A program made the position numbers and the translations under genes. The notes beneath the pieces were generated by a model that saw nothing but the letters and a program-made list of their open reading frames with translations, was not told the origin of the DNA and did no database searches. This document shows positions 8,937 to 18,756 of a DNA stretch of 34,268 nucleotides, in pieces (the first letter of the stretch is position 1; each line of letters begins with the position of its first letter). The stretch lies in NCBI GenBank assembly GCA_038279365.1, contig JAYODI010000025.1, positions 29,754 through 64,021 of the forward strand, given 5' to 3'. This stretch comes from Candidatus Latescibacterota bacterium (GTDB lineage: Bacteria; Latescibacterota; UBA2968).

Positions 8937-10274
8937 ATGCATACATTTAAAAAGTATAAAAAGATAGGGTTGGGGATTTTGGTGTTGGGTGTGATGTCTT
9001 GTGCGGATGATGCCCCACAAAATGCACAAGAAAAAAAGGTGGAAACATTGCCGGCAGTGGAAGTGGTGCAAGCGCGTTTGGGGCAGTTGCCTTTGCGCGA
9101 GCGTTTGACGGGCACTGTGCGTGCGGGGGGGCAGGTGGTGATTTACCCAGAGATAAGTGGTACCGTTTTAGAGGTTTTGGCCGAAAATGGGGATGAGGTA
9201 AAAAAAGGCGATGCGTTGGTCAAAATTCGGGCGGAGACTTCGGCCAGTCAATTGCGGCAGGCACAGGCCGATTTGGCACGGGTGTTGGCAGAAAGAAATC
9301 GGGCACAAGCCGATTTGGAAAATGAAAAAGGACAGTTTGAACGCACCCAAACATTGGCTGCCGACAGTTTGGTGAGCCGTGAGGCGTTGGAGTCTGCACG
9401 TGCTCAGCTGTCTATTGCTGAGGCAAATTTTGCCCAAATGGATGCGGCTGTGGAAGCGGCGCGTGCCGGGGTTACGGAACGCGAAGAAGCTTTGGCCAAA
9501 TCGGTGGTAAGGGCGCCTATTGGTGGGCGGCTGGGGCAGCGCAAAGTACAGGTGGGCATGCGCGTAGATGGGCAAACGGCTTTGTTTACTATTGGGCGTT
9601 TGGAAGATGTGCGGGTAGATATTGCTGTTCCGCAAGAGATGTTGGTACAATTTGAAGTTGGGCAAGCCGTTGAAATCGGTACCAATTTGGATGCAACACG
9701 TGGCATTCGGGCCGAAATTTCACGTATTTCACCGTTTTTGGAAGCGGGTTCTTTTACTGGAGCCGTTGAAATTGATGTGCCCGCTCATCAGGGACGTTTG
9801 CTTCCGGGGATGTTTGTGGAGGTAGATGTTTTGTATGGTCGCACGGCACAAATGACAGTACTTCCCAAAAGTGCATTGTATGAAAACCCAAATTCGGGAG
9901 ATGTGGGTGTTTATATTGCACGCACAACGGGTGATCAAATTCAAATGGCTGAAGGAGATACGATTGGGGCCATTATGGGGCCAGTAGAATTTGTGTTCCA
10001 CTCGGTAGATATTCAAACTTCTGAGCGACAAATGGTGGCAGTTAGCAATGTGTTGCCTGAGGCTTGGGTGGTGGTGATGGGGCAATATTTGTTGTCGTTA
10101 CAATCATCAACAGAGCCGGTTCAGGCACGGTTACGTCCTTTGAGTTGGGCGCGTATTTTGGAGTTACAGGGGTTGCAGCGCGAAGATGTTTTGATGGAGT
10201 TTCTTGAAAAGCAACAACGCATCGCGCGTTCGTTGACCCAAACGCCACCAGCAGAAAATGCAGTATCAAAATAG
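8937..10274 (+). CDS. RND efflux periplasmic adaptor (membrane fusion protein), probable lipoprotein
   Basis: VMSC lipobox-like signal, lipoyl halves (ISGTV..V....GD.VKKGD; VRAPIGG), coiled hairpin, LLPGMFV. Confidence 0.92.
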   Translation: MHTFKKYKKIGLGILVLGVMSCADDAPQNAQEKKVETLPAVEVVQARLGQLPLRERLTGTVRAGGQVVIYPEISGTVLEVLAENGDEVKKGDALVKIRAETSASQLRQAQADLARVLAERNRAQADLENEKGQFERTQTLAADSLVSREALESARAQLSIAEANFAQMDAAVEAARAGVTEREEALAKSVVRAPIGGRLGQRKVQVGMRVDGQTALFTIGRLEDVRVDIAVPQEMLVQFEVGQAVEIGTNLDATRGIRAEISRISPFLEAGSFTGAVEIDVPAHQGRLLPGMFVEVDVLYGRTAQMTVLPKSALYENPNSGDVGVYIARTTGDQIQMAEGDTIGAIMGPVEFVFHSVDIQTSERQMVAVSNVLPEAWVVVMGQYLLSLQSSTEPVQARLRPLSWARILELQGLQREDVLMEFLEKQQRIARSLTQTPPAENAVSK

Positions 10275-10306
10275 GTTTTAAAAATCACTTTTAGCGGGGA
10301 GCTGTA

Positions 10307-13300
10307 ATGGCCTCTTTTACAGATATATCCATTCGTCGTCCTGTTGCCACAGCCATGAGTTTTTTAATTGTGATTACGGTGGGTTTGGCTGGTCTGTGGT
10401 ATTTGCCAGTAGACTTGTTACCCAAAATTGAGTTTACGCAAATGGCTGTTTATGTGCGTTATGCCAATGTGGGGCCCGAAGAAATTGAATCGATGATTAC
10501 GGACCCTTTGGAAAACGCACTGACGAGTTTGCCCAATTTGGAACGCATGACATCTAACTCGGAAGAAGGACGGGGTTTGGTGCGTTTGGAATTTACGCAA
10601 GGCACAGACTTGTCGGAAGCGGCCAATGACATTCGTGCAGCATTAGATGGGTTGCGAGGGGTGTTGCCAGAGGAGGCAGACCCACCTGGTATTTGGAAAT
10701 TTGATCCCAACAGCAGAGAGATTGTGACCATGTCTGTGGAGTCAACACATTCTTTGGATGTGTTGACCCGCATTTTAGAACGAGAAATCAGCCAGCGTTT
10801 TGAACAAATACCGGGTGTGGGAGCGATTGAAGTTGCTGGCGGTATTTATCGAGAGATTCAGGTACAATTGTTGCGTGACCGACTCAAAGCTGCTGGCGTA
10901 ACGGCCGGGGAAGTACGCAATGCTTTGGTGCGTGAAAACGTACAACTCCCTGGCGGCAATGTACAAGATGGTGTCAAAGACTTGTATGTGCGCACCATGG
11001 GAGAATATGTTTCGTTAGATGAGATCAAACGCACTGTGGTGGCACAGCGCAATGGCAACCCTATCCGAGTACAAGATGTGGCACAGGTGGTGGATGGATT
11101 TGAAGATGTGCGATATTTGGCAGAACTTTCGGGTGTGCCTGTGGTGCGTTTTGAACTGCAAAAACAAAGCGGTGCCAACACTGTAACGGTTGCCAAGTTG
11201 ATTCGTGAGCGGATGGAAGAGATTAACAACAGCCGCAACGATTTGCGCATGACCATTATTAGCGATCAAAGTGTGTTTATTCGGCAATCGATGGACAGTG
11301 TACAAAATGCGGCCTTTTGGGGCGGCCTTTTGGCCATTTGTGTTTTATACTTGTTTTTACGCAACAAATCGACAACAAGTATTATTGCTATGGCCATTCC
11401 TATTTCAATTATTGCCACGTTTGGTTTGCTTTACTTTTGGGGCTTGACGCTCAATCAAATGACATTTGGTGGATTGGCTTTGGGCATTGGGCTGATGGTG
11501 GATAATGCCATTGTGGTGCTCGAAAACATTGTGCGAAAACGCGAAAAAGAAAATTTGTCTAAACCAGAAAGTGCCGCGCAAGGTGCCCGAGAGGTTTCGG
11601 GAGCAATTGTAGCGTCTACGCTTACGACCACGGTGATCTTTTTGCCCGTTGTGTTTATGCAAACCACCAGTGGTCAACTTTTTCAAGCGTTGGCATTGGT
11701 GGTGGTCTTTGCGCTTGGGTGTTCATTGTTGGTTGCGCTGACCTTGGTGCCCATGTTGTCGAGCCGATTTTTAACTGTAAAACCTGAGGCCGAATCCGGA
11801 AAAGACAAATTAAAATTTTCTTTGCGAATGGAGCGCTTGGAAAATTGGTATGCGAACAAATTGGAGATGTTGTTTGGTTATCGCAAACGCTTGTTTGCGG
11901 GTGTTGCTTTTTTGGTATTTGGTACTTTGATGCTGTGGCCTTTGATTCCTGTGGAATTGGCCCCACCAACTGATACGGATGAGATTGATGTAGAAATTGA
12001 AATGGCACGTGGTACAAACATGGCTGTGGTGCGACAATACCTACAAGAATTGGATACGATTGTACGTCCCTTGTTGCCAATGGAAGATATTGTGTCTGTG
12101 GCAACGGAAGTGCGCGGAGATAATGCTGAGGTGGAAATTAGCATGAAGCCCTATGGCGTGCGCAAGGTCAATACCTCGGAATTGGCAGATAAACTTCGCC
12201 GAGCAGTAACGGGCAAATTGCCAGGGGCACAAGTAGAAGTACAGGCCCAATCTGGGTTGTGGATATTGCGTCGTATTTTTAGTGGCGGGGGCGGGGATGA
12301 AGATGTGGAAATGATGCTGTTGGGGCATGACCTGGATCAGGCGCGTGAATTGGCAAATGAGATTCGTAGGCGGGTAATGCTGGCCGATGGGGTGGTGGAG
12401 GTGCGCACGCAACAACGCGAAGGACGGCCTGAAGAAAACATGCGATTTAATCGGGAAAAGATTTACGACTTGGGGCTTTCGGTTGAAGATGTTGCCCGAG
12501 CAGTTCAAACCAATGTGGGGGGGACTCGAGCAGGTTATTATCGAGAGGGTGGCGAGCAATTTGAAGTGATTGTACGCCTGCGCCCACAAGACCGATTGAC
12601 GGCCAAGGATTTGGGCAATATATCGGTAAAAACACCCGATGGTCAGGCCATTCCGGTCTCTTCATTGGTCACGCGTTCGATTGGGCGGGGGCCGGTGGAG
12701 ATTGACCACATCAATGGACAGCGTGTGACGTATATTACGGCGAATTTGGAAAATGGGGTTGCATTGGGTACGGGTGTTGCGCGAATTCAAGAACAACTGA
12801 AGGATATGCAACTGCCCGATAATTTTTCCATTATTTTTGGTGGGGCATATCGCGAACAACAAAAGGCACGATGGGATTTTATGATTGCCATTGTGTTGGC
12901 ATTGTCTTTGGTGTATATGGTGATGGCCGCTCAATTTGAGCGATTTCTGGATCCGTTGGTGGTGATGTTTAGTGTGCCATTGGCTATTGTGGGGGTGGTG
13001 CCCACATTGTTGCTCACAGGTACCACGCTCAATATTCAGAGTATTATGGGGTTGGTGATGTTGATTGGGATAGTGGTGAACAATGCGATTGTGTTGGTCG
13101 ATTATTTGAATTTGATGCGAAGAGAACAAAACTTAGATTTGAAGACGGCGGCAATTGAAGCGGCACGTTTGCGGTTGCGCCCAATATTGATGACATCGTT
13201 GACAACCATGTTGGGGTTGTTGCCTTTGGCTTTGGGCTGGGGGGCTGGTGCAGGTTTGCAAGCGGCTTTGGCGCGGGTGGTCATTGGTGGATTGTTTGCT

Positions 13301-13438
13301 TCAACATTGATTACATTGGTGTTGATTCCCACACTTTATGTAACCGCACACGAAGTGTTAGAGCGCAGCCGATTGGCGATGCGTTTGCGATTTGGACAGC
13401 AAGATGGTGCCGTACAGACCGTGGAAAGCGCCGATTGA
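10307..13438 (+). CDS. RND efflux permease (AcrB/AcrD/AcrF family)
   Basis: 1043 aa; SIRRPVA N-terminus, GLMVDNAIVVLENI, GIVVNNAIVLVD, RLRPILMT. Confidence 0.95.
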   Translation: MASFTDISIRRPVATAMSFLIVITVGLAGLWYLPVDLLPKIEFTQMAVYVRYANVGPEEIESMITDPLENALTSLPNLERMTSNSEEGRGLVRLEFTQGTDLSEAANDIRAALDGLRGVLPEEADPPGIWKFDPNSREIVTMSVESTHSLDVLTRILEREISQRFEQIPGVGAIEVAGGIYREIQVQLLRDRLKAAGVTAGEVRNALVRENVQLPGGNVQDGVKDLYVRTMGEYVSLDEIKRTVVAQRNGNPIRVQDVAQVVDGFEDVRYLAELSGVPVVRFELQKQSGANTVTVAKLIRERMEEINNSRNDLRMTIISDQSVFIRQSMDSVQNAAFWGGLLAICVLYLFLRNKSTTSIIAMAIPISIIATFGLLYFWGLTLNQMTFGGLALGIGLMVDNAIVVLENIVRKREKENLSKPESAAQGAREVSGAIVASTLTTTVIFLPVVFMQTTSGQLFQALALVVVFALGCSLLVALTLVPMLSSRFLTVKPEAESGKDKLKFSLRMERLENWYANKLEMLFGYRKRLFAGVAFLVFGTLMLWPLIPVELAPPTDTDEIDVEIEMARGTNMAVVRQYLQELDTIVRPLLPMEDIVSVATEVRGDNAEVEISMKPYGVRKVNTSELADKLRRAVTGKLPGAQVEVQAQSGLWILRRIFSGGGGDEDVEMMLLGHDLDQARELANEIRRRVMLADGVVEVRTQQREGRPEENMRFNREKIYDLGLSVEDVARAVQTNVGGTRAGYYREGGEQFEVIVRLRPQDRLTAKDLGNISVKTPDGQAIPVSSLVTRSIGRGPVEIDHINGQRVTYITANLENGVALGTGVARIQEQLKDMQLPDNFSIIFGGAYREQQKARWDFMIAIVLALSLVYMVMAAQFERFLDPLVVMFSVPLAIVGVVPTLLLTGTTLNIQSIMGLVMLIGIVVNNAIVLVDYLNLMRREQNLDLKTAAIEAARLRLRPILMTSLTTMLGLLPLALGWGAGAGLQAALARVVIGGLFASTLITLVLIPTLYVTAHEVLERSRLAMRLRFGQQDGAVQTVESAD

Positions 13439-13610
13439 TGGTTGTGCATTATGGAAACGACTTATGCCGTTGATGTTGTTCCGTATGAAAATGGACGCGG
13501 TATGGCATCTGGCCCATTGTTAATTGCGGTAACGGATATGTGCGGGCTTTTTTGTGTTTTTGGGGATGCAAATTTGGTGTTGGAAAAAGGGTTGCCATAA
13601 AACGCCCTGG

Positions 13611-13653
13611 ATTAAAAAAGCCGACTTCCTTTTGGGAGGTCGGCTTTTTTAAT
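13611..13653. terminator. Bidirectional Rho-independent terminator
   Basis: AAAAAAGCCGACTTCC-tttt-GGGAGGTCGGCTTTTTT between convergent genes. Confidence 0.9.
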
Positions 13654-13681
13654 GTTTTGGGAGGAAGGTGATTTATAATGG

Positions 13682-14788
13682 TTAATTTTTAACGGCGGCG
13701 CAGACGCGATTTGAGACACGGCGTAAAAGACTGCCATTGTTGACCCGATTATTGGTAAGGATCACGCAGATGAGGTCGCGGGTGGGATCTGCCCATGCCA
13801 CTGTGCCTGTGGCTCCCGTATGACCAAATGTAGAAGGAGATACGATTTCGCCAAAATCATTCCATACCAAAGAATTGGCTAGGCCCCACCCCAAGCCCCA
13901 AGGTGCATTGAGAAAAGGGTTTTGGTTGGTGGTCATGGTTTGTACGGTGGCAGAGCTGAAAACACGCGTGGAATTGTAGGTGCCTTTGTTGAGCATGGTT
14001 TGAAGCAAGATGGCAAGATCGGTGGTGGTGCTGTGCATGCCGCCCCAAGGATGCCCCATGTCTCGCCAGTAGAGGCTGTTGGCACCAAAGCGTTTTTCAT
14101 CTTCGTTTTGTGTTAAGGAAGTGCCACACCAAACGGTTTCTTCAAGTGTGAAATTGCCCATGCCCAATGCGCTGTTGGTCATCCCCAAAGGTTTGAATAT
14201 TTCGTTTTCTTCAAAGTCGCGCAAACGTTGTTTGCTTATGCGTTCAACAATTTCGGCGGCGAGTAAGATGCCTTTGCTCTGATAGGCAAAGCTGGTATTG
14301 GGTGGATATAACAATGGCGTTTGGCAAGCCCGTTCGACAAAGGTGCTTAAAGGAACATTGGCGCGCCTGAGTTCGAGGTTTTCTGGGAGCATGTCTGGCA
14401 GGCCTGATGTGTGTGATAAAAGATGGCGAACAAGTACCTTTTGGCGGTCTTCGCCATTAAATTCGGGGAGGTAAAGTGACACGGGGTCATTGAGTGACAC
14501 GTGGCCACGCTCGACCAAGAGCATGAGGGCACAGGCTGTGACGGGTTTGGTGATGGAGGCCAAGAGAAAAATGCTGTCGGGTTGGGTTTGGGGAGATCCT
14601 TTTTGTGGCGATAACTGACCAAAGCCTTGATGGGTTACAATGTTGCCATGTCGTGCCACGAGCAGGGCTGCCGCCGTGATATTTCCTGCATTGATTTCTG
14701 CCTGGAGAAGGTCATTGGCTTGGTTTAAAATGTGTCCATCTAAACCCACATTTTGCGCATGGCCATAGGTGAGTGTTGGTGAAGGCAT
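13682..14788 (-). CDS. Serine hydrolase, beta-lactamase/class C esterase family
   Basis: ASITK (SxxK), LLSHTSGL, F.YQS, FGHTG; no evident signal peptide. Confidence 0.9.
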   Translation of the reverse strand: MPSPTLTYGHAQNVGLDGHILNQANDLLQAEINAGNITAAALLVARHGNIVTHQGFGQLSPQKGSPQTQPDSIFLLASITKPVTACALMLLVERGHVSLNDPVSLYLPEFNGEDRQKVLVRHLLSHTSGLPDMLPENLELRRANVPLSTFVERACQTPLLYPPNTSFAYQSKGILLAAEIVERISKQRLRDFEENEIFKPLGMTNSALGMGNFTLEETVWCGTSLTQNEDEKRFGANSLYWRDMGHPWGGMHSTTTDLAILLQTMLNKGTYNSTRVFSSATVQTMTTNQNPFLNAPWGLGWGLANSLVWNDFGEIVSPSTFGHTGATGTVAWADPTRDLICVILTNNRVNNGSLLRRVSNRVCAAVKN

Positions 14789-15054
14789 GGGGTATCCCTT
14801 TCGGTTTTGAAAAACGTATTTTTTTGAATTCGTACACGTAAGATATCTTGGTTTTTGCCTGAATTGCGTTTGCTTAATTTTGGGAGGAAAATATCATTGG
14901 GGGCTGAGATAATTTCCCTTTTTTTTTATTTGGAGTGCCCTATTTTAATTGCTGTTGTTGAGAGATGACTGCGGTGTAGGTTGGTGTGAGTTTGACAAAC
15001 CTATATGAAGAAATGCACATGCGCAATTCTTTTATCACCATCAAGGAGATGGGT

Positions 15055-15939
15055 ATGTCTTTGACGGATGCGGAATTGAATACATATCAAGATGAAGGTG
15101 CGGTTATTATTGATACGCCTTTTACTAGCGAAGAGTTGGACAAAGCTGAAGCGGCCTGGGATCGTTTGACAACAAATGGTGCCCCTCCGTACGAAGACCC
15201 TGATTATGTGAACTTGGTACAACATCCGTATTTGGAAGCAGTGGCCAAAAAGGTTTTGAAAGCCCAAGCTGTGCATTTGTGGTGGGGGTTAAGGCCTCAT
15301 GAACGCGCACCTTCTAAAGGCCCTTTTGGAAGTGCACGTGAGCGTTGGGAAAAAGGTTATCACACAGATATTCAGGCCACTTGGGAAGATTTTAATGCCA
15401 CCCCTCGAAGAATGCGCGCTGAATTGTGGCTTTGGGTAAATGATGTGCCAATAGATCGGGGCGCGATGCGTATTTTACCGGGCAGTCACAAACCCATTAT
15501 GGAACATTGGAGCCGTGTGTTGACACCTGAGCACAAAGCTGAGTTGCCACGTGTTCATGGCCTGCGACCTGATCCAACAGAAAAGTCACTGGCTTATCCA
15601 GAATGTGTGCCACAATTAAGTGATACATTGTGGGCAGATCAAGAGCCCGTTCCGCAAGTGGCTCGCCGTGGACAGATGTTGATTTTGTGTAGTGCGGGTT
15701 TGCACTCTGCTTGGGAAAATGAAGATGTCGTACCGCGAAAAGCAATGACAACATCTTGGGTGGCCAATGGTGTTAAATGTGGGCTTCCCAAAAACCAGCG
15801 TGATGGGGTATTGTCGTTTTTTCCCGAGTTGCGAAAAAAGTTGCGACCAGAACGCAAGCACATTGTGCCTGAAAACTTTGATTGGCTTTTTGAAAGCGAT
15901 TATGAGCCCAAGTGGCCAGAAACATTTGCAACAAAGTAG
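15055..15939 (+). CDS. Phytanoyl-CoA dioxygenase (PhyH)-like Fe(II)/2OG oxygenase
   Basis: LT..EL..Y..EG N-terminus, HTD (15361-15369), GAMRILPGSH, distal His in GLHSA, then Arg; AAGGAG RBS before ATG 15055. Confidence 0.85.
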   Translation: MSLTDAELNTYQDEGAVIIDTPFTSEELDKAEAAWDRLTTNGAPPYEDPDYVNLVQHPYLEAVAKKVLKAQAVHLWWGLRPHERAPSKGPFGSARERWEKGYHTDIQATWEDFNATPRRMRAELWLWVNDVPIDRGAMRILPGSHKPIMEHWSRVLTPEHKAELPRVHGLRPDPTEKSLAYPECVPQLSDTLWADQEPVPQVARRGQMLILCSAGLHSAWENEDVVPRKAMTTSWVANGVKCGLPKNQRDGVLSFFPELRKKLRPERKHIVPENFDWLFESDYEPKWPETFATK

Positions 15940-16024
15940 GGGTTTCTATTTGTGTGAGATATCTGTATTATAAACGAAGTTATTTCATATTCACGTATTA
16001 TTTAAGCAACTTTGGAGGTCGTAA

Positions 16025-16861
16025 ATGAGTTTGAATGGTCAAACCGCTATCATGTTTGGGGCTGGTGCAATTGGTAAATCCATCGCAAATGCGTTGGTCG
16101 CAGAGGGTATGAATTTGGTGGTTGTGAGTCGTGCAAGCAAAGATCGGAAACCTTCTTCTGCAGTGTTGGTTGAGTCTTTGGGTAGCAAAGCAGGGCAACG
16201 TTTTGTCACGCACTTGGCAGATGCTGGAAACTTTGAAGAGGTAGGGGGCGTATATGCCTTTGCCGAAAAAGAATTTGGACATGTGCACTTGGTTGTGAAC
16301 GGCTCTGGTGGCAATCGCAAAGAAGCGGTTGTTGTACCTGAAAACCCTTATGAAGCCATTCCGCCAACCATTTCTTCTGAAATGATGGATGCCAATTACT
16401 TTGCCAAAGTACACTCGATAAAACACTATATTGCCCATCTCAAACGTGTCAAAAAAGAAGGCCATGTGGTTAACATTACGTCGATGTCTGGTTTAACCCC
16501 ATTGTCCAAAGTTGTGGATTATTCTTCGGCATATGCGGCTGTGGAAAATTTGACACAAAGTATGGGCGCTTATTTGGGGCAGCAGGGGCTGGGGTCTGTG
16601 AATAATATTGCGGTGGGTTTTATTGTGGGCGATCAAAACCGGGCATTGATGTATAATCCCGATGGCACAATGACCCCGCGTGGCAAAGAAATTTTAGAAT
16701 ACATTTCCGATGGTCGATTTTTGACTGAAAATGAAATTGGCCCCAAGGTGGCTTTTTTGGCTGACAGAGAAAAAAGCAGTGGTATTAATGGATCGACCAT
16801 TCGTGTGGACGGTGGTTTTGGTATCATTGCTTTGTCTGGGACATCTGGCTATCGCGGCTAA
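16025..16861 (+). CDS. SDR oxidoreductase resembling SDR-type D-mannonate oxidoreductase, atypical active site
   Basis: GAGAIG, VNGSGGN, NITSM..TPLSK, GF...QNRALMYNPDGTMTPRG, VDGGF match my recollection of this SDR subfamily; YxxxK appears as YSSAY. Confidence 0.8.
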   Translation: MSLNGQTAIMFGAGAIGKSIANALVAEGMNLVVVSRASKDRKPSSAVLVESLGSKAGQRFVTHLADAGNFEEVGGVYAFAEKEFGHVHLVVNGSGGNRKEAVVVPENPYEAIPPTISSEMMDANYFAKVHSIKHYIAHLKRVKKEGHVVNITSMSGLTPLSKVVDYSSAYAAVENLTQSMGAYLGQQGLGSVNNIAVGFIVGDQNRALMYNPDGTMTPRGKEILEYISDGRFLTENEIGPKVAFLADREKSSGINGSTIRVDGGFGIIALSGTSGYRG

Positions 16862-16897
16862 AATGAAAATGTCTGATGGTTGCATTTCTTGAAGGTG

Positions 16898-16936
16898 AAC
16901 ACAAAAACCGCGAATCTCATTCGTGGTTTTTGTGTT
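16898..16936. terminator. Hairpin / probable terminator
   Basis: AACACAAAAACCGCGAAT-ctc-ATTCGTGGTTTTTGTGTT between the SDR and the next gene. Confidence 0.65.
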
Positions 16937-16974
16937 TGTGAAAAGCCCATATCTTTTTTTGAAATGAGGATGTT

Positions 16975-18720
16975 ATGAAAATCCATATTGATACCCCGAT
17001 GGCACCGCCACAGTGGGCGTTGCTCGAACGCCAGTTGCTCAAATCGCAAAGTGAAGCGTGTGAGGCCTTTTTTGATCATTATTTTGATGAGCGTGGTTAT
17101 CTCTTGTGTGTGCCTCGTTGGGGCGGTGATGATGGCCCTGATGATGCGGCTGAAAATGTCTTGAACTGGACAATGCTTCATGCATTGGGAGGCGATGACC
17201 GTGTTTTAGAGCTTTATAAGCGGGGTTGGGAAGGGCATTTGCGTCAATATACCGAAGCCAAGACCACTGTGGTACCTATGGCGCGTGAGGGCATGTATTA
17301 CAAAGAATTTACAGTGATGTTTGATTGGTTTCACAATGGTGAAGGTTTGTCGGCATTTAATCTGCAAGGTTTGTCGGATCCAAACGATCAGGCTCGGCAA
17401 GTGCGGGCCAAGCGGTATGCTGGTTTTTACATGAATGAAGATCCGCAAGCGCCTAATTATGACCCTGAGCACAAAATTATTCGCAGTTGTTTTAATGGCA
17501 GTCGTGGGCCTTTGTTGCGCAAGGCGACGGGTTTGGATTGGGCGGGAGATCCCATTGAAATTGAAGGGCGTTTTCGGCTTGGGCATGGTGAGCGGTCTTA
17601 TGAAGAGATGGTGGATCACTTTAAGGATTACACCGATGTGGTGGGTGACAATCCGATGAACTTGGCTGCAACCATTTTGGCACTCAATGCATATATGCTT
17701 GGGCATGAAGAAAAGTATAAGGCGTGGGCGTTGGAATATATTGATGCTTGGTGTGACCGCACCCAGGAAAACGGTGGCATTATACCGACCAATATTGGGT
17801 TGGATGGCACCATTGGTGGTGAATGTGGTGGGCGCTGGTATGGCGGCATTTATGGTTGGGGTTTTACGGTCACAGTGCCACAAACAGGTGCATTGGCGCA
17901 TCGCACGTATTCGCATACCCGAGCGATCAATGGTTTTGGAGTGGGCTTGTTGTTTACGGGTGATCAAAAGTATGTGGATACGTGGCGTGGCGTGATTGAC
18001 CATATCAATGCCAATGCGCGAGAAATTGATGGCGAAATGAAATGGCCCAATGCCTATGGCGACTATTTTGGCGAAGAAGATTGGTATGATTGGAAAGATC
18101 AGCCATTTAGCTCGGGGGCAAAAGAGGTTTGGTATTGGTCGATGAACCCCGATGATGCAAAGCGTGTTGCCAATGATCCATGGGTGCAATATTTGCAAGG
18201 AGACAACCCAGATTACCCCACCAAAGCACTGGAAGCTTCGTTGGGGCGGGTGCGCACAGATATGGCACGCATGGCTGCCGATACATGTTCGCCAGATACG
18301 CGGCTTTCTGATGATATGAATTCAATTAATCCGGCCAAGATTGATGCGTTGAATCAGTTGATGTTGGGTGGTTTGCCAACTGGGCGTGTGGGGTCGCCAC
18401 TCTATTGTCATGTGCGTTATTTTGACCCCGAAAAAAGACGGGCAGGTATTCCTGAAGATGTGGCGGCATTGGTCTCACATATTTCAGCCGATGAAGTAAC
18501 GTTGACATTGGTGAATGTGAACCCTGTTGTGTCACGCTCTGTTGTGGTGCAAGGGGGGGCCTATGCCGAACATGAAATTGTGAAGGCGTATTTGGGTGAA
18601 CAAGAAATAGTGGTATCTAACAGTGCATGTACTGTGAAGCTTGAACCAGGATGTGGTGCGCAATTAAAACTCACGTTGAAACGGTTTGCCAACCAACCGA
18701 CATTGGCGTTTCCATGGTGA
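16975..18720 (+). CDS. Hypothetical protein, 581 aa, aromatic/acidic-rich; possibly an (alpha/alpha)-barrel enzyme
   Basis: Long ORF with GAGG RBS and host-like codon usage; motifs WGGDDGPDD, DWFHNGEG, WYGGIYGW, VRYFDP..R.G.P.DVAALV; function not recognised. Confidence 0.8.
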   Translation: MKIHIDTPMAPPQWALLERQLLKSQSEACEAFFDHYFDERGYLLCVPRWGGDDGPDDAAENVLNWTMLHALGGDDRVLELYKRGWEGHLRQYTEAKTTVVPMAREGMYYKEFTVMFDWFHNGEGLSAFNLQGLSDPNDQARQVRAKRYAGFYMNEDPQAPNYDPEHKIIRSCFNGSRGPLLRKATGLDWAGDPIEIEGRFRLGHGERSYEEMVDHFKDYTDVVGDNPMNLAATILALNAYMLGHEEKYKAWALEYIDAWCDRTQENGGIIPTNIGLDGTIGGECGGRWYGGIYGWGFTVTVPQTGALAHRTYSHTRAINGFGVGLLFTGDQKYVDTWRGVIDHINANAREIDGEMKWPNAYGDYFGEEDWYDWKDQPFSSGAKEVWYWSMNPDDAKRVANDPWVQYLQGDNPDYPTKALEASLGRVRTDMARMAADTCSPDTRLSDDMNSINPAKIDALNQLMLGGLPTGRVGSPLYCHVRYFDPEKRRAGIPEDVAALVSHISADEVTLTLVNVNPVVSRSVVVQGGAYAEHEIVKAYLGEQEIVVSNSACTVKLEPGCGAQLKLTLKRFANQPTLAFPW

Positions 18721-18756
18721 TAGGCAAAAGCGAGGGCGTGTTGTGGAAGTAGTGTT

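Noticed and set aside
11491-11530. RND proton-relay DD appears as DN, and the TM10 Lys as Asn
   Set aside because: VDNAIVV and VNNAIV variants are common in non-AcrB RND subfamilies, so this is not evidence of inactivation.
13682-14788. Antibiotic-resistance beta-lactamase next to an efflux pump
   Set aside because: No signal peptide, and HTG/YQS motifs fit the broad esterase/serine hydrolase family; the gene is convergent and separated by a terminator.
17206-18198. Long antisense ORFs (this 330-aa ORF, also 21154-22071, 6371-7231, 22174-22914, 23591-24322 and others)
   Set aside because: They overlap well-supported genes on the opposite strand, lack recognisable motifs and are consistent with codon-bias shadows.
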